Part shown: in pieces, positions 19,839-30,794 of the stretch | Layout: each line of letters starts with the position of its first letter | How positions within the stretch are numbered: the first letter of the stretch is position 1 | Source: a virus | Taxonomy: Duplodnaviria > Caudoviricetes | Virus record (IMG/VR): IMGVR_UViG_3300023179_000109 | Coordinates: 1-62,624 of that record | DNA: 62,624 nucleotides | Strand: one strand, 5' to 3' | Notes under the pieces: model-generated | Told to the model about the DNA's origin: nothing | What the model saw: the letters and a program-made list of their open reading frames with translations, nothing else | The model's database searches: none | Translations under genes and position numbers: made by a program

Positions 19839-19924
19839 TGGCGGAGAGGAAGGGAATCGAACCCCCAAAGCCTTTCAGCCCAGCTGATTTCAAGTCAGTG
19901 TCCTCGTCCATTCGGACCCTCTCC
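19839..19924 (-). tRNA. tRNA-Ser(TGA)
   Basis: cloverleaf, loop CTTGAAA, long variable arm, encoded CCA. Confidence 0.93.
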
Positions 19925-20641
19925 TTATTCGTACAATCTAATATAATCTTTCCCGTATTTATTTATAACATAAATTAGATATTGTTTCATATCTTTTTCG
20001 TATAATACATTCAGATTAAACTTAAACTGTTTAATTTTTTCTTTATTCTCGTCATCCATTTTCTCAAAACTTCTTCTCCCTTTTATTTCATAATAGGTTT
20101 CCGATATTAAAAAATCAGGATGATATTTTCTTTTTTTACCCTTATATTCATATTCAAACCCAAAATTATTCCTCTCAAATTTTATGTTGTGTTCAATATT
20201 ATAAATCACCCACGCTAATTCCCAACTACTATCACACCAATATCCTTTATATCTACCCTTTTTACCTTTACCACTACCTTTTCTTAATCCACCAGACAAT
20301 GGATTTTTTTTCATTGTCTCCGATATTTTTTCTTTCCTTTCAGCTTCTTTAATAGGGGTTGAAGCTTTTCCTGTTGCTATACCTTTTAAAGAATCGCTAA
20401 TTTTTTTTCTATGTTCTTCTGTATAAACACCTATTTTACCTTTATTCCATGGTATAATAGGTAATCCTCTTTGATTTTCAGGAAGTGACCAATATGGGGT
20501 TCCTTTAAATTTTCCTTTCTTTTTTTCAGAGTCTTTATTTTTTTTTCCTTCACAAGAATTAGGTGATTTTTCACAACAACCATTTCCTGTTTTAAAAAAA
20601 TATTTTGCCTCTTTTCCACAACCATATGAACAAATTATCAT
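19925..20641 (-). CDS. putative free-standing homing endonuclease (NUMOD3-like repeats plus PD-(D/E)XK domain)
   Basis: PWNKGK..YTEEHRKKISDSLKG; DSSWE...YHPDFLI...EIKG. Confidence 0.75.
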   Translation of the reverse strand: MIICSYGCGKEAKYFFKTGNGCCEKSPNSCEGKKNKDSEKKKGKFKGTPYWSLPENQRGLPIIPWNKGKIGVYTEEHRKKISDSLKGIATGKASTPIKEAERKEKISETMKKNPLSGGLRKGSGKGKKGRYKGYWCDSSWELAWVIYNIEHNIKFERNNFGFEYEYKGKKRKYHPDFLISETYYEIKGRRSFEKMDDENKEKIKQFKFNLNVLYEKDMKQYLIYVINKYGKDYIRLYE

Positions 20642-20744
20642 CTTTTCTGTTTATAATAAATATCACAAAAAATGTGAAAATCAAGACAAACTCAATAAAC
20701 CAATTAGATTTTGTAATCTGATACAAATGTAGTATATTTGCCTT

Positions 20745-21179
20745 ATGAAAACAACAATTATCTCAATATTTTTACTTTCTATGGGTTTATCCGTAAAAAG
20801 TCAGACAACTGATTTGATGTATGTACCTGACCAAAAAAGTTTGGTTGTTACATACAATAGTAATTATTCTCCGATTGGTTTTTATGTCGGAGGGTACTAT
20901 ACAAGTTATTTTCCACAACCTTACATCTATACCACACCATTATCCATCATGAATAGAATTGGGGTGAGTTTTTCAAACGGACAAGTTGGTTTAATGGTGG
21001 GTGCACAGGTAAAATCATATGTTGATAGTTTGGCGTTAGGACCAGATGTATGGTTTAAAGTTTATCCGTTAAGGTTATTAACAAAAACAAAAAGAGGACC
21101 TGATTTTACCATCGGAATTAATTGTGCCGATAAAGTTAGATATGCGGTTGGATTATCAATACCTTTTGGTATTTATTGA
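20745..21179 (+). CDS. secreted small beta-barrel-like protein
   Basis: signal peptide, amphipathic strands, TATATTTG promoter upstream. Confidence 0.55.
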   Translation: MKTTIISIFLLSMGLSVKSQTTDLMYVPDQKSLVVTYNSNYSPIGFYVGGYYTSYFPQPYIYTTPLSIMNRIGVSFSNGQVGLMVGAQVKSYVDSLALGPDVWFKVYPLRLLTKTKRGPDFTIGINCADKVRYAVGLSIPFGIY

Positions 21180-22171
21180 TAATGAGTGAACTTGATGAAA
21201 TAAGACAGGGTATAGTTTCTGCCAACAAATTTTTGGAGAATCATGTATTTGAAATGTATTATCTTGCAGATGCTGAAGGAAATTTGGAAATCCCAACAAA
21301 TGTTAAGGTAAAATTAACAGGTATGAAACATTACCTTGATATGGGAGAGTCAAAACCTTTTGTTCAATTCACGGCATATATTTTACCAACAAACAAAAAT
21401 TCTGACAAATTTAACTCCATATTAAGTGCACAACTTGGACGAGAAACTGAAATTAAAACATTTGATAATAATGCTTATTTGAATTTTGAGTGGGTTATGA
21501 GTAAAAAATTGTCAGAGTTGTTAAAGTATTTTTCATTACCAAATGCAATACTTACTAAAGTAGTAAATGAAGTAGAACCAATGAAGTTAAATGAAAGTTT
21601 AATCAAAGAAGCCAGATTTGATAATGCAGTTAGAACCGTTGTCCAAGATATTATTGCATTTTTCAAACATCAAAGAGAAGGTGATTTTGGATTACCTGAA
21701 GATTTGAGGGACGATGAGTTAACGTATAAGTTTCCTGATATGGAAACTGAATTTTCAATATTTTTAGACTTACAATTGGATGATAGTGTTCAAGGTGTTG
21801 ATGTTGATGCCGATTATTATAGGGATGATGATTTAATTTATCTTACAATCATTTCAAACCCAAAGGACGGATATACAAATTTGAAAGAATTAACAAGTGA
21901 ATTAAATGAGGTTCTTAGACACGAATTTGAACATATAAAACAATTTGAACAAGGATATAAGTTTCCAAAAAAAGAACCTAAAGACCCATATAAGTACTAT
22001 ACTCAACCACATGAGTTAGAAGCCCAAAGAGCTGGATTCAGAAGAAGAGCAAAAGGTGAAAGAGTTGATTTTGAAACATTGGTTAGAAATTGGTTTGCCA
22101 AAAATCCACACAAACATAATTTAAATCCTACCCAACAAGAAAAGGTGATACAAAAAATTATTCAGAAATAA
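21176..22171 (+). CDS. hypothetical protein with an HExxH metallopeptidase-like motif
   Basis: LRHEFEHIKQ...YYTQPHELEA. Confidence 0.6.
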   Translation: MIMSELDEIRQGIVSANKFLENHVFEMYYLADAEGNLEIPTNVKVKLTGMKHYLDMGESKPFVQFTAYILPTNKNSDKFNSILSAQLGRETEIKTFDNNAYLNFEWVMSKKLSELLKYFSLPNAILTKVVNEVEPMKLNESLIKEARFDNAVRTVVQDIIAFFKHQREGDFGLPEDLRDDELTYKFPDMETEFSIFLDLQLDDSVQGVDVDADYYRDDDLIYLTIISNPKDGYTNLKELTSELNEVLRHEFEHIKQFEQGYKFPKKEPKDPYKYYTQPHELEAQRAGFRRRAKGERVDFETLVRNWFAKNPHKHNLNPTQQEKVIQKIIQK

Positions 22172-22917
22172 TGAATATTGATTTAAAGGACAAAGAGTTA
22201 AAAATATTTCGTAAAGTATTGATGGACCATTCTTTTAATAAAAATGGTTATGAATATCACTTTTTATCTATTGAACCTGATGAAAAAGGGTGGGCATTTA
22301 ATATTGTTGTAAATGTTGTTTTGCCTGTTAAGGGTCAATCATATGCAACTCCAGTATTCAGTGGACATATTCACGATATTCTCAGCAATATTTGGAAATA
22401 TGTAGGTAGTTCTTTTTCTTATTCAGAAAAAATATTAGTTGACGGTAAAGAACCTGTTGATAGAGGTCTTTTTATTAGTACAGAAAAACAAAGAGAAGTT
22501 TTATCTACGATGAGAAAGGAAATTAAAGAAGTAACTTTAAAAACTGCAATAGGTCCGTTGACTTTTGATGTATATTGGAAACCTAATGAAAAATTTTATT
22601 CATTAGATGATGTATATATTGATTTTGATTTTGATATTGAAATTAAAAATTTTATGTTAGATAGTCATTACGCGGTACCTAATTTAGACATCGCAGATGA
22701 TGTTGCTGGCGCTATTTTGAATGTAATGTATGATTCTGATTACCTAAGAGACGAAATGAATAACGTAGTCTATGATGTGATGAGTAATGAAATTGATATT
22801 ACTAGTATTGATGATTTATATTACCAAGTACGATTCTATATCACTAAAATTGATGGATTTGGGGTCAGTGGAAGGTGGGGTAATCACTATGACTTGGAAG
22901 ACGGAATGTTTATTTAA
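22171..22917 (+). CDS. hypothetical protein
   Basis: ORF track, coupled stop/start. Confidence 0.6.
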   Translation: MNIDLKDKELKIFRKVLMDHSFNKNGYEYHFLSIEPDEKGWAFNIVVNVVLPVKGQSYATPVFSGHIHDILSNIWKYVGSSFSYSEKILVDGKEPVDRGLFISTEKQREVLSTMRKEIKEVTLKTAIGPLTFDVYWKPNEKFYSLDDVYIDFDFDIEIKNFMLDSHYAVPNLDIADDVAGAILNVMYDSDYLRDEMNNVVYDVMSNEIDITSIDDLYYQVRFYITKIDGFGVSGRWGNHYDLEDGMFI

Positions 22918-23530
22918 ATCTTTTAACAATCTTTTTAAGTCCAGCACTTATAATCTCCTTACTTAAAACCACTACACTAGATGCAATTAATCTTTCGGCA
23001 ATTAAAATTGCCGCATTAGTTGGATTTGTTGATTGTGTTGATACCGAATAAATATCCGCAATAATTGGAATTAAAAAACTATATGCGACAGTATCCAAAA
23101 CAGCACCGCTAGTTATATTACAAGATTCTAAAAATCTTGAAAAAGAATTTTTTAATTGGAATCCTTTTGTTAAAACTTTATCAAAAACTTCTTGAAGACC
23201 CTCTTCTTTAATTTTTTTCAAAATTGAAACAATCCCTCTTTTATTTTCAAAAAAAATTGTGAAAGCAACCCCAGCTAAAACTAACATTCTTTCTCTTTCT
23301 GATAAATTAAAACCACCTTCTTTTATAAAATTATCTAATGGCATTACCAATCCACCAACTGCGGTACCCCACGTCAACAACATTTTAATGTTAAGTCCGT
23401 AGTTTTTAATTACTTTGTTAACCATATTGTTTGTGAACGAAAATAGTTGTTTCATATTACTTGTGAGCTTTGAGTCACTTTGTTCTAGTAATATTAGTTG
23501 TAATTGAGATTCTGTTATTAAAAAGTCCAT
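22910..23530 (-). CDS. hypothetical protein
   Basis: ORF with LITESQ N-terminus. Confidence 0.6.
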   Translation of the reverse strand: MDFLITESQLQLILLEQSDSKLTSNMKQLFSFTNNMVNKVIKNYGLNIKMLLTWGTAVGGLVMPLDNFIKEGGFNLSERERMLVLAGVAFTIFFENKRGIVSILKKIKEEGLQEVFDKVLTKGFQLKNSFSRFLESCNITSGAVLDTVAYSFLIPIIADIYSVSTQSTNPTNAAILIAERLIASSVVVLSKEIISAGLKKIVKRFK

Positions 23531-23564
23531 ATGTAATATAAATACTTATAATATATTTATTGTT

Positions 23565-24182
23565 ATGAAAGGTCAATTAAATCCTGAGTTAAAAGTTGGT
23601 GATAGAATAATGTGTTTCCATATGGAAGGAGAAACGGGTGTTCCTCCAGGTACATTAGGAACTGTCACAAGAATATCAAGAGACCCATTTGAGTCTGAAA
23701 ATGATAGTTTAATAACCGTTAAATGGGACAACGGGAGCACTCTCTCTCTTATAACATCAACAGATGCTTGGAAATTAGCACCACAAGAAATTAAAGAACA
23801 GGTAACTGGTTCTCCTGAATATGATTTTTTTAGTAAAAATCCTGAGGTATTTGAAAATTTTGATTATAAATTTCTGAAAAAATTCTTAGTAAAACTTAGA
23901 AATTCTGGTGTTATTAATATGTTTCAAGCGGCACCTTTTTTATATTCAGGTAAAGAATGGATAGACAGATATCATGGAGAACATGAGGAAGATAACGAAT
24001 CATTTCAAGAAGTATTGGAAATGGCTGATGAAGCTAAAAACAAAATGATTCAAGGACTTTTAAAATATATGGAATCAAAAAACCTTGATTTTGAAGATAT
24101 GGGTAGAGTTAATAGTTTGATGCATAAATTTGCAGTGAAAATTAACCAACTTTATGTGACTTTTCCTTTATCAAACAATTAA
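23565..24182 (+). CDS. hypothetical protein (SH3-like N-terminus)
   Basis: LKVGDRI...PPGTLGTV...VKWDNGSTLSL. Confidence 0.6.
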   Translation: MKGQLNPELKVGDRIMCFHMEGETGVPPGTLGTVTRISRDPFESENDSLITVKWDNGSTLSLITSTDAWKLAPQEIKEQVTGSPEYDFFSKNPEVFENFDYKFLKKFLVKLRNSGVINMFQAAPFLYSGKEWIDRYHGEHEEDNESFQEVLEMADEAKNKMIQGLLKYMESKNLDFEDMGRVNSLMHKFAVKINQLYVTFPLSNN

Positions 24183-24392
24183 TTTAACTATGGTTTTGGT
24201 TTCTTCTTTTATTATTTTATAATCTTTTAAGTAACGATTATCTAAATATATTGCATATTTTTTTAAATTGATAATTGGTTTATCAATATTTTCCCCTTTA
24301 ATATTTCCTGTAATTGATTGAGGTCCAAAATCAATTCCAATATTTTGCCATTCATCACCAATTATTTCTGGCAGTATTATTTGGTATTCCAT
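24171..24392 (-). CDS. hypothetical protein
   Basis: ORF track. Confidence 0.5.
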   Translation of the reverse strand: MEYQIILPEIIGDEWQNIGIDFGPQSITGNIKGENIDKPIINLKKYAIYLDNRYLKDYKIIKEETKTIVKLIV

Positions 24393-24396
24393 TATT

Positions 24397-24582
24397 TTAA
24401 TTAGCCTTTTGAATTTTTTCTATTGTTCCATCTTTCCAATGTTTTACAATCCAACCATCTTCATCTAAATAAACCATTGGTCTATCTTTACCCCACGTTT
24501 CTTCCTCAACTCGTTTTCTGAAAGATTCTTTGAATTGTTCAGACATTATCGCTTTTGATATTTTATCTTCTTCTTTGTCCAT
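24397..24582 (-). CDS. hypothetical protein
   Basis: ORF track. Confidence 0.5.
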   Translation of the reverse strand: MDKEEDKISKAIMSEQFKESFRKRVEEETWGKDRPMVYLDEDGWIVKHWKDGTIEKIQKAN

Positions 24583-24583
24583 G

Positions 24584-25747
24584 TTAGTTGCTCAAGGGAG
24601 CTTTAATTTTTGGGTGTGATTCATATCCGATTAATTCAAAACAATCAGGTCTATAACTTTTAAGTTTTTCATCAAGAGTTTTTTCACCTAAATGTTCTTT
24701 AACTGCCTCATGCATGTACCAATTACGTTCAGTTATTTTAACTGTTGGTAGTTCATATGGAGTTCTTGAAATTTGTTCTTTGGCTTGTTCAATATGATTT
24801 TTATATAAATGAACATCACCAAGGTTTCCAATCAATTGGTCAGGAACCATGTTAACTTCTTTAGCGATAATCTCAAGTAATAAACCGTAAGATGCAATGT
24901 TGAATGGTAAACCTAAGAATGTATCTACGCTTCTTTGATTCCACATTAAAGAGATAGCTCGTTTAGGGATATTCCCTTCATCAAATTTATTATGTAACCA
25001 TTTTCTATCCTCTATTGACATATCACTATTTTCAATACTATTCCCAATATTGAAACTACCATGTATATCATAAAACTTATCTGGGTTTGGATGTTGTTTT
25101 GCTCGTTCATCCAAATTCAACTCTCTTGTATAAATTTGGAATCCATAATGACAAGGTGGTAAAACCATTTGGTCTAACTCACCTACATTCCAAGCATTTA
25201 CCATCAATCTTCTACTATCAGGATTGGTTTTGAGTTCGTTGATTAAGTTTTGAATTTGGTCTACTCCGTTCATTAGTTTCTCAACATTTCCCAAATTGTA
25301 TGTAATTGTGGGTTCTGTTAGTTTACCCCAGCTTCTCCATTGCTTACCATAGATTGGCCCTAAATCACCCCACTTACTACAAAACTCTTTATTATTTTTA
25401 ATTCGGTCAATGAATTGATTCATATCCAAATGAGGTTCCCATGGTTGAACATTATTTGAATAATTCTTATAAGCATCACCATCCCAAATATGACAATCGT
25501 AATCCAATAAAAACTTGATATTGGTTTCTCCACGAAGGAACCACAATAGTTCAACTACCATAGTTTTCCATGCCATCTTCTTTGTTGTGAGTAATGGAAA
25601 TCCATCAGACATATTATGTCTGAACTGAATACCAAACAATGATTTGGTTCCTGTTCCTGTTCTATCAGATTTGTTAAAGCTTTGGTCTTCACTTATTAGT
25701 AATGAAAGTAAAGCTTGATACCATTCGTCTAAATAATTGCTATTCAT
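24584..25747 (-). CDS. thyA: thymidylate synthase
   Basis: DRTGTGT, FPLLTTKK, LPPCH, QRSVDTFLGLPFNIASY; contains insertions. Confidence 0.97.
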   Translation of the reverse strand: MNSNYLDEWYQALLSLLISEDQSFNKSDRTGTGTKSLFGIQFRHNMSDGFPLLTTKKMAWKTMVVELLWFLRGETNIKFLLDYDCHIWDGDAYKNYSNNVQPWEPHLDMNQFIDRIKNNKEFCSKWGDLGPIYGKQWRSWGKLTEPTITYNLGNVEKLMNGVDQIQNLINELKTNPDSRRLMVNAWNVGELDQMVLPPCHYGFQIYTRELNLDERAKQHPNPDKFYDIHGSFNIGNSIENSDMSIEDRKWLHNKFDEGNIPKRAISLMWNQRSVDTFLGLPFNIASYGLLLEIIAKEVNMVPDQLIGNLGDVHLYKNHIEQAKEQISRTPYELPTVKITERNWYMHEAVKEHLGEKTLDEKLKSYRPDCFELIGYESHPKIKAPLSN

Positions 25748-25748
25748 A

Positions 25749-27136
25749 TCAATATCCTTTTTGTATTGTTAAACCATATGCCCAACTTATCCAACTAATT
25801 TGTAATCCAAACGCTGGTGATGTAACACCTGTTTCTAAAAAATATTCTTTATCGTACCAAAGACTTATACATGGAATAATCCAGTATTTGCCTCGGATAC
25901 GATAAAAATTATTGTGTTCAATAAACCACTTCATTAAGAGTTTTTTAAATGTTTAAAAGCTAATTCAATTGATTCAACCCTACTCATTTTGGGATTTGAG
26001 TCTTGTAATTTTATTGACAAATCCAAAACTTGCTCCCTTATTTTCAATTCAGCGGATTCATGTAAAATTTCATCAATAATTTCTTCATTACTCATAGTAG
26101 TCCTGCTTCTTTTTTCCAATCTTCTTCCATTTGGTTTCTACCTGAATTGTAGTTACCATAGTCACCCCAATTCTCCAAAAGGTCTAAGAATGCTTTTTTG
26201 AGTTTATTATAATTTTCAATGTTCTCTTCTTTACCTAACATGAAAGATTGATACATGCAACTATCTATTGACCTCTTTGATAAAAAGGCCGAATGAGGTA
26301 TTGTGTTTTGGTATATTTCTTCCAATTTGTCTTTCATTGTTACTTTTTGATTAACATGTTTGTGTTTGCAATTGGGAAACGAGCAACTGGTACTCTTTTT
26401 TCTTCTACTGAAGTTGCGTCAATTTGCATTACTTCATAATAACCCTCTATAATTTTTACTGTTGGTACTGAGTCAAAAGTATAAAGGATTGTAGAACGGT
26501 CATCTCCTTCATAAAATTTTGCTGATTTAGTTGTTGTGTTGAATACTAATGTTTGCATGTGTTTGTTTTTTATAATTTTTCAAAATTTATTGTGTCGTCT
26601 TTATTAATATCGTCAAAATTACTCCAATTTCCAAATTTTCCGTTAATTCTTGGGAGAAGATGGTGTTCTCTATGTCCACACCATTTACATTCTCTTACGA
26701 CCACACGAATGAATTCTCGGTTATTTGGGTGCCCCTCAACTTTATGTTTTTCTCTACTGTATTCCCAATTATGTGCTCCTATATAACAAAAAGGATTTTT
26801 CATCTTCTATCAATTTTCTATTATGTTATTATCTATATTCCAAATATTAAAAAAATCAAATTCATTTTCTTTTTCCCACCCATACATCCTCATACTAATT
26901 TCGTTTCGGGTCTCCAAAGATAATGCTTTTGAAATGAATTGTCTACTAACTGGATGAATCATTTGTACCATCATCACAAAATCACAACCTTCATTTTTTA
27001 AACTTTTTATTCTATTAATCTTTTCATCAACATATTCAACTTCATCAAAAGTCCTCCAAAAACGAATGCAAATTGTTCGTAATTCTTCAAAACATTCATC
27101 TTTTGGAGGAGTATAAAATAATTCTACCGTTGTCAT
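25749..27136 (-). CDS. run of six small hypothetical ORFs (25749-25934, 25934-26119, 26092-26337, 26340-26558, 26570-26803, 26810-27136)
   Basis: tightly packed co-directional ORFs. Confidence 0.5.
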
Positions 27137-27807
27137 TACTTATCCGAATTTAATAATCTTTCTAAGTGGTGGTCAGCAGGCATCTCAGATAATTGTTCTC
27201 TGTGTCTCAACAAAGGTACGACTTCTCTGTATACATTGTACGGTCTAAATTCAGGGTGACCATCCATTCCTACATCCATTCTCTGGCCTCTACCAAACCT
27301 CATGTGGGTTGGAAGGTGACAGTGACCGTGTAAGTGCATAACAGCCTTATTAAGACCATCCCAAGAACTTATAGGGTAGTGCATCAAACGGAATTTAAAT
27401 TGTCCCATTTCAAGTGTATTGTAGTGAGACACGGTTTTAAATAACCCTTGAGACCCATCTCTATTATTTTCTATGTGGTGGTCATGGTTTCCAAGTATCA
27501 AATGTATGTTTTTACATATAAGTCTATCCCAAAATTCACGTATTTGGTCAAATCCACCAAACGACCAGTCACCAAGGTGAATTAATATATCATCTTGTCC
27601 AACGTATTCGTTAATGTTATTAACAATTGTTGCATTCATTTTTTCTATTGTGGAAAAGTCGCGAGTTTGGGATATAGGTATTTCACCTTCTTGGGTTCTC
27701 CAAGCTGTAACTCCCCTACATATATTCTTGTGAGAATAGTGGGTGTCAGAAGTAATCCATACATTAACTTCTGGGATATTTTTGGTATCTACAGGTACTT
27801 TTATCAT
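27136..27807 (-). CDS. calcineurin-like phosphoesterase
   Basis: SDTHYSH, HLGD, GNHD, HYP, HGHCH and DVGMD motifs. Confidence 0.9.
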   Translation of the reverse strand: MIKVPVDTKNIPEVNVWITSDTHYSHKNICRGVTAWRTQEGEIPISQTRDFSTIEKMNATIVNNINEYVGQDDILIHLGDWSFGGFDQIREFWDRLICKNIHLILGNHDHHIENNRDGSQGLFKTVSHYNTLEMGQFKFRLMHYPISSWDGLNKAVMHLHGHCHLPTHMRFGRGQRMDVGMDGHPEFRPYNVYREVVPLLRHREQLSEMPADHHLERLLNSDK

Positions 27808-27824
27808 AACACAAAGATAAGGAA

Positions 27825-28079
27825 TTATTCTGAAATTAAAAAAACTGGATTTTGGTCTCCAGCAAATAAACCTAAAATGTTGTATTCGTAGAATTCAACA
27901 GCTTCAATAGAGGACATCCCGTCCCTTTCTTCAAGAATATGAAGAACTTTGTTTTTGGAGTATAAGATTCTCGGTCCATTACCGAATTCTTCAACAATAC
28001 CGATAATTGCATCATCCAAACCGTCCAAAATAACGGCTCCTTCGGCAAATTCGTGTATATCGTAGTTGTTGGTTATCAT
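27825..28079 (-). CDS. hypothetical phage protein
   Basis: DGLDDAIIG...EAVEFYEYNILG pattern. Confidence 0.6.
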   Translation of the reverse strand: MITNNYDIHEFAEGAVILDGLDDAIIGIVEEFGNGPRILYSKNKVLHILEERDGMSSIEAVEFYEYNILGLFAGDQNPVFLISE

Positions 28080-28251
28080 TTAAAGAAAAAAAAAAGAAAG
28101 TGGGATTCTTATTCAAGGCGAAAGTAAATTACCAAGATACTATTCAAATGAATTGGAGAACCCCACTTATTTTACAAATCTATAGAATAAGTTCAAATTA
28201 GTCAAACCTAAATTTAAAATTTTTTTGAAGTATTTATAGAAAAATAAGTTT

Positions 28252-29685
28252 ATGAACGGATATTTTGCAGCAGGTAGAATCTCAGAAGATGAAAAAAATG
28301 ATATTCTAAAATTACACAGCAGTGTTTACAATGGTTATAGAACTATGCAACCAAAGGTTAACAATGAACAACCATTATATGTTTATGACCCAGCACAAGA
28401 TAAAGTTGGTGCGGTTATGAGTAACAAAGGAGTTGTGAAACCATATACTAATGTTGGAATCAATGAATCAACAGAACAAAAAGAAGTTTGTGATGAGTGT
28501 GGTTCAATGATGATGGAGGGAGAATGTTCTGAATGTGGATGGAAAGGTGAAGTTGGTGATATGGATGAACAATGGCAAGCGGCAATTGCACCAGCACTTG
28601 AAAGAATGGCTGCTGGATATGTTGCAGACAAAGCTATTGATAAGGTTTCTGATATGTTTTCAGGTAACGAAGGTGAGATGGAAGAAGGCATGTTAGGTGA
28701 TATGGGAAAAAAGGCTAAAGATTGGATGAACAAACCATTTTCACCCGATGTTGAAGATTACATTAGTAAAGTCATTGATGTTATTGATAACCCTGAAAAG
28801 AAAGATGATGATGAAAGTGATGATGATTTTGAACCAAATAAGAAACACAGAAGAGGTGGTAAATTCAAAAGACACGAATATGTAGAATCTGAAGTTTCAG
28901 AATACGAAACAGGTCATTTAGATGACATTTACGATGAAAGTGATTTAAATCCAAATGCTGAATTTGATTATGTTAAAGGTGCGTCAAACAAGACAAATGC
29001 TTTCCACATGAAAGAACAAGCTGACGATTATGTTGATAATTTTGAAGACCCTGATAATGAAGATGATGGATTTGAAGATATTAATTCATCAGAAGTAACA
29101 GATGAGATTGAGGAGCAAGGTGGAAATGCACCTGATTTTGACATCAGTAATGTAGATTCGGCATATAATTTCCAAAGTAACGGACCAATGGCAGGTGGAG
29201 ATGTTTATCCTGTTTATGAAGATTCAGATGAAGAATGTGATGAATGTTGGGAAAAAATGGAATCAGCTTGGTCTGAGGAAATTGATGAAACAGATGTTTC
29301 TGGTGTACAAGGAATTTACGGAGCGATGGAACCAGCATTTGATTTTGATAGTGAAGGACCTGGTAAAGCGGGACCTTACCAACATAGTCAATATAATGAA
29401 GGTTCATATGTTATTGGTTCTGACGGAGAACCAAGAGGTATGAAACCAGGTGAAAAGTTAAGTGCTTTTTCACCAGAAGATTTTGATGATGACGATGATT
29501 TTGACGAAGATGAGTTGGAAGTTGATTTTGATGAATTTGACCCAAGAGACAAATCGTGGGAAGAAATTACAGCTCACACAGGAGATGATGAGTTTGGAGG
29601 TGTAGACGAAGACATTAAAGAGTCTTTAATCTTACAGAAAAACAGAATCATGGAAATGATGAACAGAATGAAAGTAATTAAATAA
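28252..29685 (+). CDS. highly acidic protein with a CxxC...CxxC motif (possible internal head or scaffold-like protein)
   Basis: D/E-rich, internal FDFxSxGP repeats, TATTTATA upstream. Confidence 0.55.
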   Translation: MNGYFAAGRISEDEKNDILKLHSSVYNGYRTMQPKVNNEQPLYVYDPAQDKVGAVMSNKGVVKPYTNVGINESTEQKEVCDECGSMMMEGECSECGWKGEVGDMDEQWQAAIAPALERMAAGYVADKAIDKVSDMFSGNEGEMEEGMLGDMGKKAKDWMNKPFSPDVEDYISKVIDVIDNPEKKDDDESDDDFEPNKKHRRGGKFKRHEYVESEVSEYETGHLDDIYDESDLNPNAEFDYVKGASNKTNAFHMKEQADDYVDNFEDPDNEDDGFEDINSSEVTDEIEEQGGNAPDFDISNVDSAYNFQSNGPMAGGDVYPVYEDSDEECDECWEKMESAWSEEIDETDVSGVQGIYGAMEPAFDFDSEGPGKAGPYQHSQYNEGSYVIGSDGEPRGMKPGEKLSAFSPEDFDDDDDFDEDELEVDFDEFDPRDKSWEEITAHTGDDEFGGVDEDIKESLILQKNRIMEMMNRMKVIK

Positions 29686-29697
29686 AAAAAACCCCTC

Positions 29698-30738
29698 TTA
29701 GGAGGGGTTAATTATTTCTGAGAACTTTTGATTTTTGAAATTTTCCCATAGTCCCACAACATCATCAAATCCTTTATAAATTATTCTTATGCTGTCTTGG
29801 TCTTGAGGAAATACCGTTTCAATAATTTTTTTAATTTCATTTTTCTTATAATCATCGTGAAAATCTTTTAAAGGTTTTTCACCATATAAAACATTTGTAG
29901 GAAGATGAAGAATACTTTTATAAACTGATTCACCAATATTTTCGGCAATAACCTCAGTTAATTTGTCTGAAAATTCAATTATTGATACAGTGTCATATAA
30001 TTTACTAACCTCATTGAGGTTAACAGTATTACTTGATTCCACTAAAAATAAATGCTTTTTCATATAATCTCTTCCAATTTTATTATAAGCTAAGATACCG
30101 ACATTTTTTGGTAATTCAAAATCTGAAGGTGTTTTTATTAATTTATAAGTAGTTGCAAAGTTATAATTAGTACTTGGTAAAAGGTTTTCTCTAGCAAAAA
30201 CCTCATCCTCAGTTGGTTCATGAAAGTTCAAAAATTTCCAACCGTTTTTTATTTCTTTGAAGTTGGATTTATTTTTTCCAAAAAATCTTTTAAAAATATT
30301 TTTGTGAGTTAAAAATTTTGAGAAGGTAAAAACATATGCCCCAAAAAAAGTATCTTTTGTAAAATAATCAGTATTCCAACACAATGTTGTGTGTTCAATA
30401 AAAACATTCCTAATTTTTGTTTCATTAATAATTTCATCAATATTATTAAAATCAGGAATTTCATTTTCTTTTGATATAAAAATTAAATCATCAAAACTTT
30501 CATAATTCGTACTTAAGAATTCTTTTAATAAATCATAAAAATGAGTTTCGTTTTTAAATGTTTCAAAAAGTATGACCCTGTCTTTGAATCTTATGTCAAT
30601 CTCACATTTAACCTCATCCGATAATGGAACAAGGATGAAAAAATCAACAATATTATAGAATTCAGAAAATCTAAGATTTAATAAATCTTCATTACCTTCA
30701 AATAAGATAATATCAAAAATTTTAAAGTTTTTTTTCAT
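29698..30738 (-). CDS. degenerate glycosyltransferase family 17-like protein
   Basis: FDIILFEGNEDLLNLRFSEFYNIVDFFIL N-terminus; NGWKF. Confidence 0.45.
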   Translation of the reverse strand: MKKNFKIFDIILFEGNEDLLNLRFSEFYNIVDFFILVPLSDEVKCEIDIRFKDRVILFETFKNETHFYDLLKEFLSTNYESFDDLIFISKENEIPDFNNIDEIINETKIRNVFIEHTTLCWNTDYFTKDTFFGAYVFTFSKFLTHKNIFKRFFGKNKSNFKEIKNGWKFLNFHEPTEDEVFARENLLPSTNYNFATTYKLIKTPSDFELPKNVGILAYNKIGRDYMKKHLFLVESSNTVNLNEVSKLYDTVSIIEFSDKLTEVIAENIGESVYKSILHLPTNVLYGEKPLKDFHDDYKKNEIKKIIETVFPQDQDSIRIIYKGFDDVVGLWENFKNQKFSEIINPS

Positions 30739-30794
30739 TTATATTGAAATAACATTTACGTTAGATTACTATTAGTATAACTAAATTCAACGCA

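Noticed and set aside
24584-25747. dCMP hydroxymethylase, or intein/intron in thyA
   Set aside because: The Asn specificity residue indicates a dUMP enzyme; the insertions are short, in frame and lack splicing motifs.
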